A DNA stretch of 64,000 nt from Thermoanaerobaculia bacterium (GCA_035498405.1 DATKAE010000084.1:3539-67538); one strand, 5' to 3'; positions 15,502-25,955 are shown, counted from the first letter of the stretch. Notes: generated from the letters alone by a model not told the origin. Numbers and translations: made by a program.

Positions 15502-16015
15502 TCCCTTCAACGAGTTCCGCTGCCACGCTCCGCTCATTTCTGCATCTACCTCGCTCGGACCGTAGCGGTCCCGTAGCCGTTCGTGGACTGCAAACGTCCG
15601 ACAACCGTCGTCTCGTTCGAACACTCACTCGCGGGTTCGCCCCAAGTCAATCAACCGGGGTATCGAGCGCCGACCGACAGCTACTGTTGGCCTCCACCGA
15701 TGCCCTCAAGGATGGAAGCGCGCAGGCGACTTCGAGAATCGCGAACGACGGCCGCGTCCTCCCAGAGCTCTCGATAAACGATGAATCGGTCACCAACCCT
15801 TTCGGTACAAATGGAACTGGCCAGCCAGACTGCCCTTCGACATCCGCGAAAGGCTTGCGGCCGCTGAAGGCGTCGAGCCAAGAGCCTTACCTCCTCGCCC
15901 CCCTCATCTTTCTCGGTGAGATAAGATTCGCGCAGCGGATCGAGGAGGAAATGGACATCCGGTGCGAGTGCCGGCTCCTGCCTCATTTCTCCCAGCCTTC
16001 CGCCAGGGAGGTCTC

Positions 16016-17416
16016 ATGTCTCGTCTGATTCGTATCTCTCCTCTGATTCTGGCTTCCCTCTTCTACGCCAATGGGGTTCTTGGCCAGGAGATCCCGGCGG
16101 CGCGGCAAATTGCGAACTGGCCGGCGCCGCTCTCTTGGACTCCTTCGGGTGAGACAATGTCTGCCCCCGAGGGGGTCGGGCCTGGGGGCGCACGTGGCCT
16201 GACGCCGCTCTCGACCACGGCAGTTCCCCTGACCTCGCCAGAGCCTTTTGTTGGGATCACGCCCTGCCGCATCGCCAACACCACCGGCAACGGCGGCTTC
16301 TCCGGCGCCTACGGCCCTCCCGCGCTGTCCCAGGGTGTACCCCGCGACTTCACCCTGACCGGCCAGTGCGGGATCCCGGCCTCGGCAGTCGCCGTCTCTC
16401 TCAACCTCACCGTGACCAACACCACCGGTGCCGGCTTCATCAAGATCTTCCCCGCCGGCGGATCGATACCCACCGTCTCGACGCTCAACTACGTGGCCGG
16501 CCAGGTCATCGCCAACGCCGCGGTCGTGCCGCTCGGGACCGGAGGCGCGATCACCGTGATCGCCGGCGTCTCCGGCACCGACTTCATCCTGGACGCCAAC
16601 GGGTATTACGGAAGCACAGCCGCGTCCAACACGAACGTGTTTCTCGGCCCCAGTGCCGGCAACTCGACGATGAGTGGCATCCGAAACACGGCCATCGGCC
16701 ACGAAACGATCCCCTTCAACACCACCGGAAATGACAACACCGCCATCGGCTCCCTCGCGCTCAATGCCAACACCACCGGCGTCCTCAACACGGCTGTAGG
16801 CCGCGTCGCGCTCATCAACAACACCAGCGGCAGTGGCAACACCGCGGTGGGGATTGGTGCGGGCGCCAATCTCACCACGGGAGGCAACAACATCGACATA
16901 GGCAACGCGGGGGTTGCGGCGGAGTCGAACACCATCCGGATCGGCACCAGCGGCACGCAGACGAAATTTGTCGTTGCGGGCGTGCGGGACGCAACCGTCC
17001 TGGGCGACGCGAATGCCGTCCTCATCGATTCCAATGGGACGCTTGGAACGACCCCCTTCTCCTCTGAGAAATGGAAGAGGGAGATTGCAGATATCGGCCA
17101 GGAGAGCTCCGCACTGCTGAAGCTCCGGCCGGTCTCCTTCTACTACACGAGCGACACGAGAGGTATCCGCCAGTACGGCCTGATCGCCGAGGAGGTGGCC
17201 GAAGTGATGCCGGCTCTGGTGCAGTGCTCTGCGAACGGAGAGCCCGAGGCGGTCCGTTACCAATTCCTCGTTCCGATGCTCGTCAACGAGGTCCAGAAGG
17301 ACCGAAAAACGATCCAAGAGCAGAGCCGCGAGATTCAGGAGATCAAGGCGGAACTTCAGCGTTTGGAGGCAGTGATCTCGGTTCGGGCGGATCGGGAAAC
17401 AACGCCCCGGCCATAA
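16016..17416 (+). CDS. Secreted tail-fibre-like protein: 122-aa 'TPCR' module + short Gly/Asn-rich fibre repeats + C-terminal peptidase-S74-type intramolecular chaperone domain
   Basis: ATG at 16016 after GGGAGG, with signal peptide MSRLIRISPLILASLFYANGVLG. Module at nt 16247-16612. Repeats NTAIG..../NTAVG.... C-terminus SSEKWKREIADIG...LRPVSFYY...YGLIAEEVAEVMPALV...VRYQFLVPMLVNEVQK plus a coiled coil, as in phage tail-spike and endosialidase chaperone domains. Confidence 0.7.
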   Translation: MSRLIRISPLILASLFYANGVLGQEIPAARQIANWPAPLSWTPSGETMSAPEGVGPGGARGLTPLSTTAVPLTSPEPFVGITPCRIANTTGNGGFSGAYGPPALSQGVPRDFTLTGQCGIPASAVAVSLNLTVTNTTGAGFIKIFPAGGSIPTVSTLNYVAGQVIANAAVVPLGTGGAITVIAGVSGTDFILDANGYYGSTAASNTNVFLGPSAGNSTMSGIRNTAIGHETIPFNTTGNDNTAIGSLALNANTTGVLNTAVGRVALINNTSGSGNTAVGIGAGANLTTGGNNIDIGNAGVAAESNTIRIGTSGTQTKFVVAGVRDATVLGDANAVLIDSNGTLGTTPFSSEKWKREIADIGQESSALLKLRPVSFYYTSDTRGIRQYGLIAEEVAEVMPALVQCSANGEPEAVRYQFLVPMLVNEVQKDRKTIQEQSREIQEIKAELQRLEAVISVRADRETTPRP

Positions 17417-18034
17417 GCCCCGAGGGGATTCCCGTTCAATTCCAGGTCTGAAGCGCAGGTGGGATGCGTGCGGGGAACCATTTCGACGAGCCACTTACGA
17501 GGTGGCTCGCGGTGGGCAGATGGTGAGCCGTGTGGGACTCGAGAGCCGCCAGGGGAGTCACCCTTCCGTGGACCTTGGCGGGGGACTCAGGAGTCGGAAC
17601 GCGCTTGGCGCAGTTTCAGAGCGCCAGAGAGCCCAAGACATGGGACCGCGTCGTTGATGGCACCCGCCCCGAAGGCGGTGTAAGAGTCGTTTGCCATCGC
17701 GGCCACCGCCCGGAGGGCCTGCCGAATTGCTTCCCGCTCTGCCACCAGGCAGCTGGTGTCCCTTGAGCATCCGTTCTCCTGATTCTCGAAACCCTCCCCG
17801 TGAGCGTGCCGCTTGCAGAGCCAGGGGGGTCCGTGATGCCTTGACGAGTTTCACTGCGTCTCCCTTCTGGCCCTCCTCGTGACCGGGGCCATTCATCTGG
17901 TCACGACGGGCGTGGCTAAAACGTAGCGGTTCAGGCGCCGTCAGGCGGGTGCAGCAGCCTTCATCGCGATCGCGAAGCCCGCGAGTTCCCGAGCATTGAT
18001 GCTCATGGCGTATCATCGGAAACCAGAGTCGGGG

Positions 18035-18081
<47 letters not shown>

Positions 18082-18099
18082 CTGCTCTGCTGTTCTGCG

Positions 18100-18354
18100 A
18101 TGCGGGCCAAGATCGCTGCGAGTTGTACGCCTCGGTGCGGTGTTCTCGTCGAGGGAGAGGTGGAGACCTCCACCCGCGAGTTCATTCATCGATTCATCTT
18201 TCCGGCGGCCTCGGCCGGCGACGTGAAGGCTGCGCGCACCGAGGTCGACGACGTGCGTCTGGCCACGTTTGCGCCCGACTCCAAGAACTGGTTCCTCGAG
18301 TGCCCGCTCTGCGGCTCCAAGATCCGAATCGAAGCGGCAATGCGGACGCCTTGA
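18100..18354 (+). CDS. Small hypothetical protein with two Cys pairs (possible zinc ribbon)
   Basis: 84-aa ORF with CTPRCG ... CPLCGSKI. No homology recognised. Coding status is uncertain. Confidence 0.3.
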   Translation: MRAKIAASCTPRCGVLVEGEVETSTREFIHRFIFPAASAGDVKAARTEVDDVRLATFAPDSKNWFLECPLCGSKIRIEAAMRTP

Positions 18355-18490
18355 CTTACGCCTCTTTTACGCCTAGACTGCAGCGGAGGTCGACGGGTCG
18401 TCCCCGAGGCCACGGGACGACCGCGATGGCTCCGTCGGCCTAACTTTATTGTGACTGGCTTGGCGATTTCCGAAGTTTATTAGGAAGAAT

Positions 18491-19144
18491 ATGAATCTTA
18501 CCAAACGACAGAAGGAAATCCTCGATTTCATTCGAACCTATCGCGCGGAGCAGGGCATCTCGCCCACGCAACGCGAGATTCGTGAGCGCTTCGGTCTCTC
18601 CTCATTCGGCACCGTGCAAAAGCACCTGAAGCGGCTGGAGGAAAAGGGCGCTCTCTCGCGGGAGTGGAACCGTAGCCGGGGGATCTCTCCGGCGGAGCAG
18701 GGGTCGTCCCGACCGGTTGCATTGCTCGGCTTGGTGGCCGCCGGACGCCCGATCGAGCCATTTCCGGATGAGGAGTCGATCGAAGTCCCCGCCTCGCTTC
18801 TCGGCAAGGGAGAGCATTTCGTGTTGCGAGTCCGCGGGGACTCGATGATCGAGGATGGGATCCGGGACGGCGATTACGTGATTGTCGCCCGGCGGTCCCA
18901 GGCTCAGAACGGGCAGACCGTCGTCGCCCTCGTGCGGGGCGAGGCGACTCTGAAGCGCTACTACGGAGAAGGCGGGCGCGTTCGGCTTCAGCCGGCCAAC
19001 GCCGCCATGAAGCCGATGACGTACGACGTCCGTGACGTGACGCTCCAAGGGGTCGTGACCGGTCTGATGCGCAGTTATGTTGGCCCGGCCCGCGCGGCCG
19101 GAGCACGCGTCAGCGCCGCCGCCGGCCGAGACCGCCAGCGGTGA
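18491..19144 (+). CDS. lexA: LexA repressor
   Basis: N-terminal winged HTH (LTKRQKEILDFI...GISPTQREI), cleavage site VAAG, catalytic VRGDSM and LKRY motifs. Confidence 0.9.
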   Translation: MNLTKRQKEILDFIRTYRAEQGISPTQREIRERFGLSSFGTVQKHLKRLEEKGALSREWNRSRGISPAEQGSSRPVALLGLVAAGRPIEPFPDEESIEVPASLLGKGEHFVLRVRGDSMIEDGIRDGDYVIVARRSQAQNGQTVVALVRGEATLKRYYGEGGRVRLQPANAAMKPMTYDVRDVTLQGVVTGLMRSYVGPARAAGARVSAAAGRDRQR

Positions 19145-19188
19145 GCTCCTTTCGGCTCGAGCGCCCCTGCTAGAATGGCGCGGTTCAA

Positions 19189-19264
19189 GGCGACGTACCC
19201 AAGTGGTTAAGGGAGAGGTCTGCAAAACCTTTATTCGGCGGTTCGAATCCGCCCGTCGCCTCCA
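19189..19264 (+). tRNA. tRNA-Cys (GCA)
   Basis: Acceptor GGCGACG/CGTCGCC, anticodon loop CTGCAAA, T-arm GGCGG-TTCGAAT-CCGCC, T-CCA. Confidence 0.85.
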
Positions 19265-19371
19265 GCCCGGAAAGAAAGCCGTGAGTCATCGAGCCGCGCG
19301 CGGCCGCGGGGAGCGTCGCATCGGTCGAGTTTGCGCTTAGGATTGCCGATTCACAATTGAGCAGTCGGAAC

Positions 19372-19460
19372 GCCGGAGTGGCGGAATTGGTAGACGCACG
19401 GGACTTAAAATCCCGAGGGTCGAAAGGCCCGTGCCGGTTCGACTCCGGCCTCCGGCACCA
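19372..19460 (+). tRNA. tRNA-Leu (TAA), long variable arm
   Basis: Acceptor GCCGGAG/CTCCGGC, anticodon loop CTTAAAA, long variable arm, T-arm GCCGG-TTCGACT-CCGGC, A-CCA. Confidence 0.85.
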
Positions 19461-19482
19461 CGGGTGATGGGGGGAGGCGCGG

Positions 19483-20199
19483 GTGAGCGGCGTCATGACG
19501 GAGGCCATCAGCGGTCTTCAGGAACGGATCGGCTACGCCTTTCGCGACCCGAGCCTGCTCGAGCGAGCGCTGACGCACCGATCCTTCTCGAACGAGCACC
19601 GGGAGCTGCGGTCACCCAATAACGAGCGCCTGGAGTTCCTGGGCGACACCGTCCTCGGGTTTGTCATCGGGGACTTCATCTATCGGTCGTTTCCGAACCT
19701 GCAAGAGGGAGCGCTTTCGAAGATCAAGGCGCACCTGGTTTCGGCCAACGCGCTTGCCGCAAAGGGCCGAGAGCTCAATCTCGGGCGCTATCTGCGAATG
19801 GGTGCCGGGGAGGCGCGCTCCGGCGGCTCGGAGAAGCTTTCGCTGCTGGCCGACGCCTTCGAGGCCGTCGTCGCGGCGATCTATCTGGATGGAGGACTGC
19901 CTCCCGCCGAGAGCTTCGTGCGCCGCGTTTTCGGGCCGGACGTGGCGGGCATCGACGTGGGGGATCTCTCCTTTCACGACTACAAGACGGCGTTGCAGGA
20001 GACGGCCCAGAGCCTGGGCCTGCCGCTTCCCGAATACCGCGTGGTTGACGAGTACGGCCCCGATCACGAGAAGTCCTTCGTGGTCGAGGTCTTCTGGGAC
20101 GGCGAATCGTTCGCCTTCGGAAAGGGCTCCTCCAAGCGCGAGGCTCAGCGCAAGTCGGCCAAGGAAGCCCTGAAGAAGCTCGGGCGACTGCCGGGATAG
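19483..20199 (+). CDS. rnc: Ribonuclease III
   Basis: NERLEFLGDTVLG signature, ADAFEAVVAAIYLDGG, and a C-terminal dsRBD (GPDHEKSFVVEV...GSSKREAQRKSAKEAL). Confidence 0.9.
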   Translation: MSGVMTEAISGLQERIGYAFRDPSLLERALTHRSFSNEHRELRSPNNERLEFLGDTVLGFVIGDFIYRSFPNLQEGALSKIKAHLVSANALAAKGRELNLGRYLRMGAGEARSGGSEKLSLLADAFEAVVAAIYLDGGLPPAESFVRRVFGPDVAGIDVGDLSFHDYKTALQETAQSLGLPLPEYRVVDEYGPDHEKSFVVEVFWDGESFAFGKGSSKREAQRKSAKEALKKLGRLPG

Positions 20200-20209
20200 A
20201 ACCGAGGTC

Positions 20210-20245
20210 GGAAGGCGCGAGAACCTCTCACCTTCCTCCTTTTTT
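20210..20245 (+). terminator. Possible intrinsic terminator after rnc
   Basis: GGAAGG...CCTTCC stem followed by TCCTTTTTT. The stem is short and the loop long, so the call is weak. Confidence 0.3.
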
Positions 20246-21936
20246 CACGGCGCCTTCTCCAGCCTCTTCAAGAACGCGTCGGGTCCCTCGAACCCAACCA
20301 GCCGGAGATCCTGTCTCTCGGTTCCGGAGGCATCGAGGAAGATGACGGTCGGGACGCCGAGGATCGAATACTTTCGGGCCAGAGCCAAGGCCTCGGGCGA
20401 GCTCCCGCGAGTCAGATCGGCCTTGAACAACGCTCGCCTCTCCAGCTCCTTGCGGACGCGGGGATCCGAGAAGGTTCTTTGCTCGAGCTCGAGGCAGGGA
20501 ATGCACCAGTCTGCCCCGAAGTCGACGATGCGGGGCCGGCCGGCGGCCTGGATTTCGGACTCGTTGTAGGGTTGCCAGCCTTCGGCCTTCCGAGGAAAGA
20601 AGAAGAGCGCGCCGGCGAGGAATAGCACGGCAGCGGAGCCGCGCAGCAATCGCGGGAGCCCGAAGCCGTGGACCGCCACGAGGATCCCGGCGATGGCCAC
20701 CACGGCAGGCAGCAGCCAGGTGGAGAGCGGCTTGGGCAGGACGAGCCGGAAGAAGTAAGCGGCCATCGCGAGGAGCAGAAGGCCAAAGACCTTCTTGACG
20801 CCGTCCATCCAGCTGCCGGCCCGAGGAAGCCGGGAGAGGCTCCCCGAGAACGCGCCCAAGGCGACGTACGGCGCCCCGAGGCCGAGCCCCAGGACCCCGA
20901 ACAGGAGGGTTCCGAGAGGAACGCTTTGCCGTTCGGCGATGAAGGTCAGCAGGCCGACGGTAAACGGGGCCACGCACGGAGCGGCGACAACGCCGACCAG
21001 GAGTCCCATCGCGAAGGCGCCCGGGATCCCCGTTCGAGCGCCCGCCTTTTGGAGGAGCGCGGCGGGCATCTGGATGTCGTAGAGACCGAACATGGACAGC
21101 GAGAGGAGGATGAGAACGAGCGCGATCCCCGAAAGGACCAGGGGGCTCTGCAGCACGGCGCCGAAGAGCTTGCCGGTCAGGGCCGCGATCACCCCGAGGG
21201 CCGCGTACATCACGACGATTCCGAGAACGTAGAGGGACGCGAGGAGCAGAACCCGGCTCCGATTGCCCGGCGCCTGTCCGCCGAAGAAGCCGATGGTGAG
21301 CGGAATGACGGGATAGACGCACGGGGTCAGATTGAGGCCGAGCCCGATGACGAAAATGCTGAGAAGAACCAGGGGATAGCCCTCTCGGGCGAGGCGCTGC
21401 GAGAGCTCGCCGCCGGGTGCCGTTGTGCCGGCGCTCCCGGCAGACAAGGCCAGGGCGCCGCCCGGGAGCGCGGCGGCGCCGGCCCCGACGTGAAACGCCG
21501 CCGATGCAGGCGGATTGCACTGGCGGTCGTTGCAGGCCTGGTATTCGACGGTTCCCGACAGCGCGGGAACCGGACCGGGCGTCCAGGAGACGGGCACATC
21601 GATCGCGAAGTGCTCGTCATAAACGGAAAGGGGGGTCTCGGAGAAGGCGAACTTCTTCTTCACGCCTTCGGGGTAGCGGGGCTCTCCGAACTGGACTCCG
21701 GAGACCGGGTCGAGCCGGACGGTCGTCGGAATCAGGTAGTCCTCCGAAGGGCGGTGGCTGTTGACGTGCCATCCGGGAGCGAGTGTGGCGGCCAGATGCA
21801 GCGTGCCCTGGCCCGGACCGGCCGCCTGGAGCTCGGCGTCGACGGTCAACAGCGGCCCTGCCGGAAGAGCGAGGCCGATGCCCGCGGCCACCAGACCGGT
21901 GAGGAAGAGCGCGAAACGGATCCGCGGCGCCCTCAA
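20245..21936 (-). CDS. dsbD: Protein-disulfide reductase, DsbD family (N-terminal domain + CcdA-like membrane core + C-terminal thioredoxin)
   Basis: Signal peptide, polytopic core with PCVYPV and PCVAPF motifs, and a C-terminal WCIPC thioredoxin motif. Confidence 0.8.
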   Translation of the reverse strand: MRAPRIRFALFLTGLVAAGIGLALPAGPLLTVDAELQAAGPGQGTLHLAATLAPGWHVNSHRPSEDYLIPTTVRLDPVSGVQFGEPRYPEGVKKKFAFSETPLSVYDEHFAIDVPVSWTPGPVPALSGTVEYQACNDRQCNPPASAAFHVGAGAAALPGGALALSAGSAGTTAPGGELSQRLAREGYPLVLLSIFVIGLGLNLTPCVYPVIPLTIGFFGGQAPGNRSRVLLLASLYVLGIVVMYAALGVIAALTGKLFGAVLQSPLVLSGIALVLILLSLSMFGLYDIQMPAALLQKAGARTGIPGAFAMGLLVGVVAAPCVAPFTVGLLTFIAERQSVPLGTLLFGVLGLGLGAPYVALGAFSGSLSRLPRAGSWMDGVKKVFGLLLLAMAAYFFRLVLPKPLSTWLLPAVVAIAGILVAVHGFGLPRLLRGSAAVLFLAGALFFFPRKAEGWQPYNESEIQAAGRPRIVDFGADWCIPCLELEQRTFSDPRVRKELERRALFKADLTRGSSPEALALARKYSILGVPTVIFLDASGTERQDLRLVGFEGPDAFLKRLEKAP

Positions 21937-22835
21937 CGAGGCCTCGCCTCCTGAAGCTTCTGGATGATCGCATCCACCTGCGCGGCGTAGGCCGACTGCG
22001 GATATGCCTTGCGGAAATCCTGGAGGAGCTTGAGCGCCTCGGCCGGATTGTTCGCAGAAAGCGGGATCTGCGCGCGGAAGAGCTCGGCCCGTTCCTGGCG
22101 CGCGGGATCCTTGGTCGAGGAGATCAGTTTCTGTATCGTTCTCTGCGCGGCGGCGGGGTTCCCGAGCTCCAGCTCCGCCGAGGCCGCGAGCTCGAGCGCC
22201 TCTTCGCGCATCGCGTCGGTGCCCCCGGGAGCCCGGCCCACGCGCTCGAGGCGCGGCAGAGCGGCGGCCGGGTCGTGGCGCTGTGAAAGCTCGCGCCCGC
22301 TCGAGAGAGCTTCGGGGGCCGGCAGCTTGGCGACGTCTTGTGCGTCGATCTTGCGGGCGAAACGGCGGTAGGCGTCGAGCTGCTCGTGGATGTGGCGGTA
22401 GAAGTCCGGCGCGTTCTGAAATCCCTGCATGAGAAAGGCGAGGCGACCCTCGGGGGTCACGACCAGCACGGAAGGCGCCTCATCGATCTCGTAGCGGAGC
22501 CCGAGGGCCTGGCCCTCGGGGGAGTCGAGGTCCACCTTGATCGGGACCATCGGCACGAGGAGGGCCTCGAAATCGAAGGCGGGATAGAGCAGCTGGTCCA
22601 TGCGCTGGCAGTTTCCGCACCCTTGGCGATCGAACTCGACGAAGATGAACTTCTGCTGCCCGGACGCGCGCTGTCGAGCTTCGGCCAGGGACACCGCCCA
22701 ATCCGCGTTGCCGGGACTGCGAACCAGGGGTGTCGGTGTGGCGGAGGGTGCGGGCTGAGCCGGAAGGGCGGAGGCGGCGGCAATCATCAGTATTCCCAAA
22801 GCCAGGACCGGTCGAAAGGAGGCCGGGTTCCGCAT
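21933..22835 (-). CDS. Thioredoxin-fold protein with C-terminal TPR-like region
   Basis: Signal peptide. CGNCQ motif in a thioredoxin-like N-terminal half. 4-nt overlap with the dsbD-like start. Confidence 0.65.
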   Translation of the reverse strand: MRNPASFRPVLALGILMIAAASALPAQPAPSATPTPLVRSPGNADWAVSLAEARQRASGQQKFIFVEFDRQGCGNCQRMDQLLYPAFDFEALLVPMVPIKVDLDSPEGQALGLRYEIDEAPSVLVVTPEGRLAFLMQGFQNAPDFYRHIHEQLDAYRRFARKIDAQDVAKLPAPEALSSGRELSQRHDPAAALPRLERVGRAPGGTDAMREEALELAASAELELGNPAAAQRTIQKLISSTKDPARQERAELFRAQIPLSANNPAEALKLLQDFRKAYPQSAYAAQVDAIIQKLQEARPR

Positions 22836-22932
22836 TTTTTCGGAAACGGTCCGCGGGTCGCCCGAATTCCCGCGGTGTTTGTCAGCCCCATCGGATTTCG
22901 TTACACTTCCGCGCCCCGGCAGTGGCAGGCAC

Positions 22933-23008
<76 letters not shown>

Positions 23009-23102
23009 TACCCGCGAGTGTTGGACGGATTCGGAGGGAATGCGCTCGGGCGACCGACCGAGGGGATTGACGAGTCGGGTTGAAGGCCAAGAGCGACGAC
23101 GG

Positions 23103-23618
23103 ATGATTCTCAAGGTGGCCAAGCTCGGTGTGAAGACGTTGCGCCAGAGGTCGGCGACGGTCGATCCGAAGGCGATCGGTCGGGGCGAGTACGAGCCCTT
23201 CCTCGCGGACCTCGAGGACACGATGCGCGAATACGACGGTACGGGAATCGCGGCGCCGCAGGTGTTCACGCCGCTTCGAATCTTCCTTTACGAGGTGCAT
23301 CCCGAGAAGCGCAAGAGACAGGAGCCGGAGATCCCGCTGACGGCCCTCTTCAACGCGACCTACGAGGGGATCGGCGCGAAGTTGGAGGAGGACTCGGAGG
23401 GGTGCCTCTCGGTTCCGTTTCTCTGGGGCGGTGTCGTTCCCCGTTTCGAGACGATTCGGGTGCGGGCCATCGACCGGGCTGGCAGCGCCGTCGAGTTCGA
23501 GGCCTCCGGATACCACGCCCGCATCCTCCAGCACGAGATCGACCACTTGGACGGACTCGTCTACCTCGACCGGATGCCGGACTTGAAGTCTCTCGCGTAC
23601 ACGGTCAATTTCGGCTGA
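23103..23618 (+). CDS. def: Peptide deformylase
   Basis: GIAAPQ, EGCLSVP and HEIDHLDG motifs. Start trimmed to ATG 23103 because the longer ORF overlaps the tRNA. Confidence 0.85.
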   Translation: MILKVAKLGVKTLRQRSATVDPKAIGRGEYEPFLADLEDTMREYDGTGIAAPQVFTPLRIFLYEVHPEKRKRQEPEIPLTALFNATYEGIGAKLEEDSEGCLSVPFLWGGVVPRFETIRVRAIDRAGSAVEFEASGYHARILQHEIDHLDGLVYLDRMPDLKSLAYTVNFG

Positions 23619-23673
23619 CGCGCTCGGCCGCGGCGTGCGGGCCGGTCCTTCGTTGAAATAGAATTCGCCTGCG

Positions 23674-24228
23674 ATGGCCTTTCCGAGAACGGGCAAGCTG
23701 CCGGCCTTCGACCCGAAAGCGACCGGGGGCGGGAGCGGCACGGACTTCTTGACCACGAAGCTCGAAGCCATGGTCGGCTGGGCGCGCAAGAACTCCCTCT
23801 GGCCTTTTCCTTTCGCGACCGCCTGTTGCGGGATTGAATTCATGTCGGTCGCGGCGGCCCATTACGACATCTCGCGCTTCGGTTCGGAGGTGATCCGTTT
23901 CTCGCCGCGGCAGGCGGACCTGCTCATCGTCGCGGGAACCGTGACCGACAAGTTGGCGCCGATCCTGCGGCGCATCTACGACGAGATGCCCGAGCCGAAG
24001 TGGGTCATCTCCATGGGAGTGTGCGCGTCCTCGGGCGGTTTCTATCGCGCCTACCACGTCACCCAGGGGATCGACGAGATCGTTCCCGTCGACGTCTACG
24101 TGCCGGGATGCCCGCCCACTCCGGAGCAGCTCATTCACGCGGTCATCGAGCTGCAGAAGAAGATCGCCTCGGGAGAGAAGTCTCGCGATCGGCGCTCCGC
24201 GAAATTCGCCGCGGAGCAGCCGACTTGA
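23674..24228 (+). CDS. nuoB: NADH-quinone oxidoreductase subunit B
   Basis: [21 protein letters not shown] and VPGCPP cluster-N2 ligand motifs. Confidence 0.9.
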   Translation: MAFPRTGKLPAFDPKATGGGSGTDFLTTKLEAMVGWARKNSLWPFPFATACCGIEFMSVAAAHYDISRFGSEVIRFSPRQADLLIVAGTVTDKLAPILRRIYDEMPEPKWVISMGVCASSGGFYRAYHVTQGIDEIVPVDVYVPGCPPTPEQLIHAVIELQKKIASGEKSRDRRSAKFAAEQPT

Positions 24229-25955
24229 GTATCGCCGAGGCGGTCGCGCTTTCGCCCGCTGCCGAAAAGCTGCGCGAGTGCCTCGCGGCCTCGCCGCTCG
24301 AGGGGCGGGCCGCGGTGGAGGATCGGGACCTTCCCACGGTCGAGGTGGCGCCGGCGGATTGGCCGGTCCTGGCGGGGTTTCTGCGCGACGACCCGGGGTG
24401 CCGCTACGACCTGTTCCTCGACCTGGCCGGAGTCGACAACCTGAAGCGGCAGGGGCCCAAGACGCGCTTCGAGGCCGTGGCCCACCTGCACTCGCTCGCC
24501 CACAACCAGCACCTGCGCGTCCGGGTGCCGTTGCCCGATGCGGACAAGCCGTCCCTTCCGAGTGTCGAGTCGATTTGGCCCGCGGCCAACTGGTACGAGC
24601 GCGAAGCCTACGATCTGTTCGGATTCGATTTCCCCGGGCATCCCAACCTGCACCGCCTGCTTTGCCACGACGCCTTCGTGGGGCACGCGCTGCGCAAGGA
24701 CTACGCCCCCGGGCAGCGCTGGTTCTACACGGAGAGCGACATGCGCGTGCCCGAGTGGGCCAGGCAGACCGACGAACGGGCGGGCCATTTCGAGACGCAG
24801 ACGCTCTCGATCGGGCCGTCGCATCCGGCGACCCACGGGATCATCCATCTGCTCGCGCGCCTGGACGGCGAGCGAATCGTCCGGGCGGAGACCATGATCG
24901 GGTACCTGCACCGCTGTTTCGAGAAGATGGCGGAGACGCACCACTGGAACCAGGTCATCCCGTACGCGGACCGGTTGAACTACGTCTCGGCGATGGTCAA
25001 CGGCGTCGGCTACGCGCGCGCGGTGGAGAGGATGCTCGGCATCGAGATTCCGGAGCGGGGGCAGCTGGTTCGGACGATCCTCTCGGAGTTCACCCGCATC
25101 GTGGATCACGCCGTGTGCGTCGGGGCCAACCTCGTGGACATCGGAGCGCTGACCGCCTTCATCTACCTGTATCAGCCGCGGGAGAACTTCTACAGCTTGA
25201 TGGAGGCCTGCTGCGGCGCCCGCTTGACGGTCTCCTACGTCCGCGTCGGGGGCCTCGCGATCGACGTGCCCGAGGATTTCGTGGCTCGCTGCCGGGAGCT
25301 GATCGAGTCGATTCCGAAGTTTCTGGCGGACGTCGAAAAGCTCGTCGACAACAATCGAATCGTCCGCAACCGTCTCCAGGGCACGGGAGTCGTGACCAAG
25401 GAACAGGCGGTCGCCTGGGGCTTGACGGGGCCGATGCTGCGCGCCTCCGGCGTACCCTACGACGTGCGCCGGTCCCGCCCGTACGACTTCTACGACCGAT
25501 TCGACTGGGAAGTTCCGGTCGCAACGGAAGGCGACAACTTCGCGCGGTACCTCGTGCGGATGGAGGAGATCCGACAGTCCTTGAAGATCATCCGCCAGGC
25601 CCTCGACATCTTTCCGCAAAAGGGGCCGGTCAACTCCGAGGACTGGCACGTCGTGCTGCCCCCCAAGGACGCCGTGTACCACGACATGGAATCCCTCATC
25701 TACCACTTCAAGCTCGTCATGGAAGGCATCCGCGTGCCGCCGGGCGAGCGCTACGAGTGGATCGAGGGCGTCAACGGCGAGCTCGGGTTCTATGCGGTTT
25801 CTGACGGGCGCGGCGGGCCGTATCGCCTCAAGGTCCGGCCGCCGTGTTTCCCGAACATGGCCGCCTTCGAGCGGATCATCCTCGGGGGAACCGTCTCCGA
25901 CATGGTCGCGACCCTGGGAACTCTGAACGTGATCGCAGGAGAGCTCGACCGATGA
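24225..25955 (+). CDS. nuoCD: NADH-quinone oxidoreductase fused subunit C/D
   Basis: TTG start overlapping the nuoB stop (TTGA). NuoC-like N-terminal part, then NuoD ([16 protein letters not shown]...[12 protein letters not shown]...AGELDR). No [NiFe]-hydrogenase CxxC ligand motifs. Confidence 0.85.
   Translation: MSIAEAVALSPAAEKLRECLAASPLEGRAAVEDRDLPTVEVAPADWPVLAGFLRDDPGCRYDLFLDLAGVDNLKRQGPKTRFEAVAHLHSLAHNQHLRVRVPLPDADKPSLPSVESIWPAANWYEREAYDLFGFDFPGHPNLHRLLCHDAFVGHALRKDYAPGQRWFYTESDMRVPEWARQTDERAGHFETQTLSIGPSHPATHGIIHLLARLDGERIVRAETMIGYLHRCFEKMAETHHWNQVIPYADRLNYVSAMVNGVGYARAVERMLGIEIPERGQLVRTILSEFTRIVDHAVCVGANLVDIGALTAFIYLYQPRENFYSLMEACCGARLTVSYVRVGGLAIDVPEDFVARCRELIESIPKFLADVEKLVDNNRIVRNRLQGTGVVTKEQAVAWGLTGPMLRASGVPYDVRRSRPYDFYDRFDWEVPVATEGDNFARYLVRMEEIRQSLKIIRQALDIFPQKGPVNSEDWHVVLPPKDAVYHDMESLIYHFKLVMEGIRVPPGERYEWIEGVNGELGFYAVSDGRGGPYRLKVRPPCFPNMAAFERIILGGTVSDMVATLGTLNVIAGELDR

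Noticed and set aside
15681-15986. 101-aa minus-strand ORF in the left arm of element 2 (MRQEPALAPDVHFLLDPLRESYLTEKDEGGEEV...)
   Set aside because: Composition is less biased than the shadow ORFs, so it could be a gene fragment. However, I recognise no family, there is no obvious RBS, and its 5' end runs to just short of the tail-fibre ATG at 16016, across that gene's likely promoter region. It is left unannotated and is worth a tblastx.
24135-25706. 523-aa minus-strand ORF and 508-aa plus-strand ORF (24278-25804) over nuoCD
   Set aside because: Overlap a gene with unmistakable NuoC/NuoD motifs, and have shadow-frame composition.
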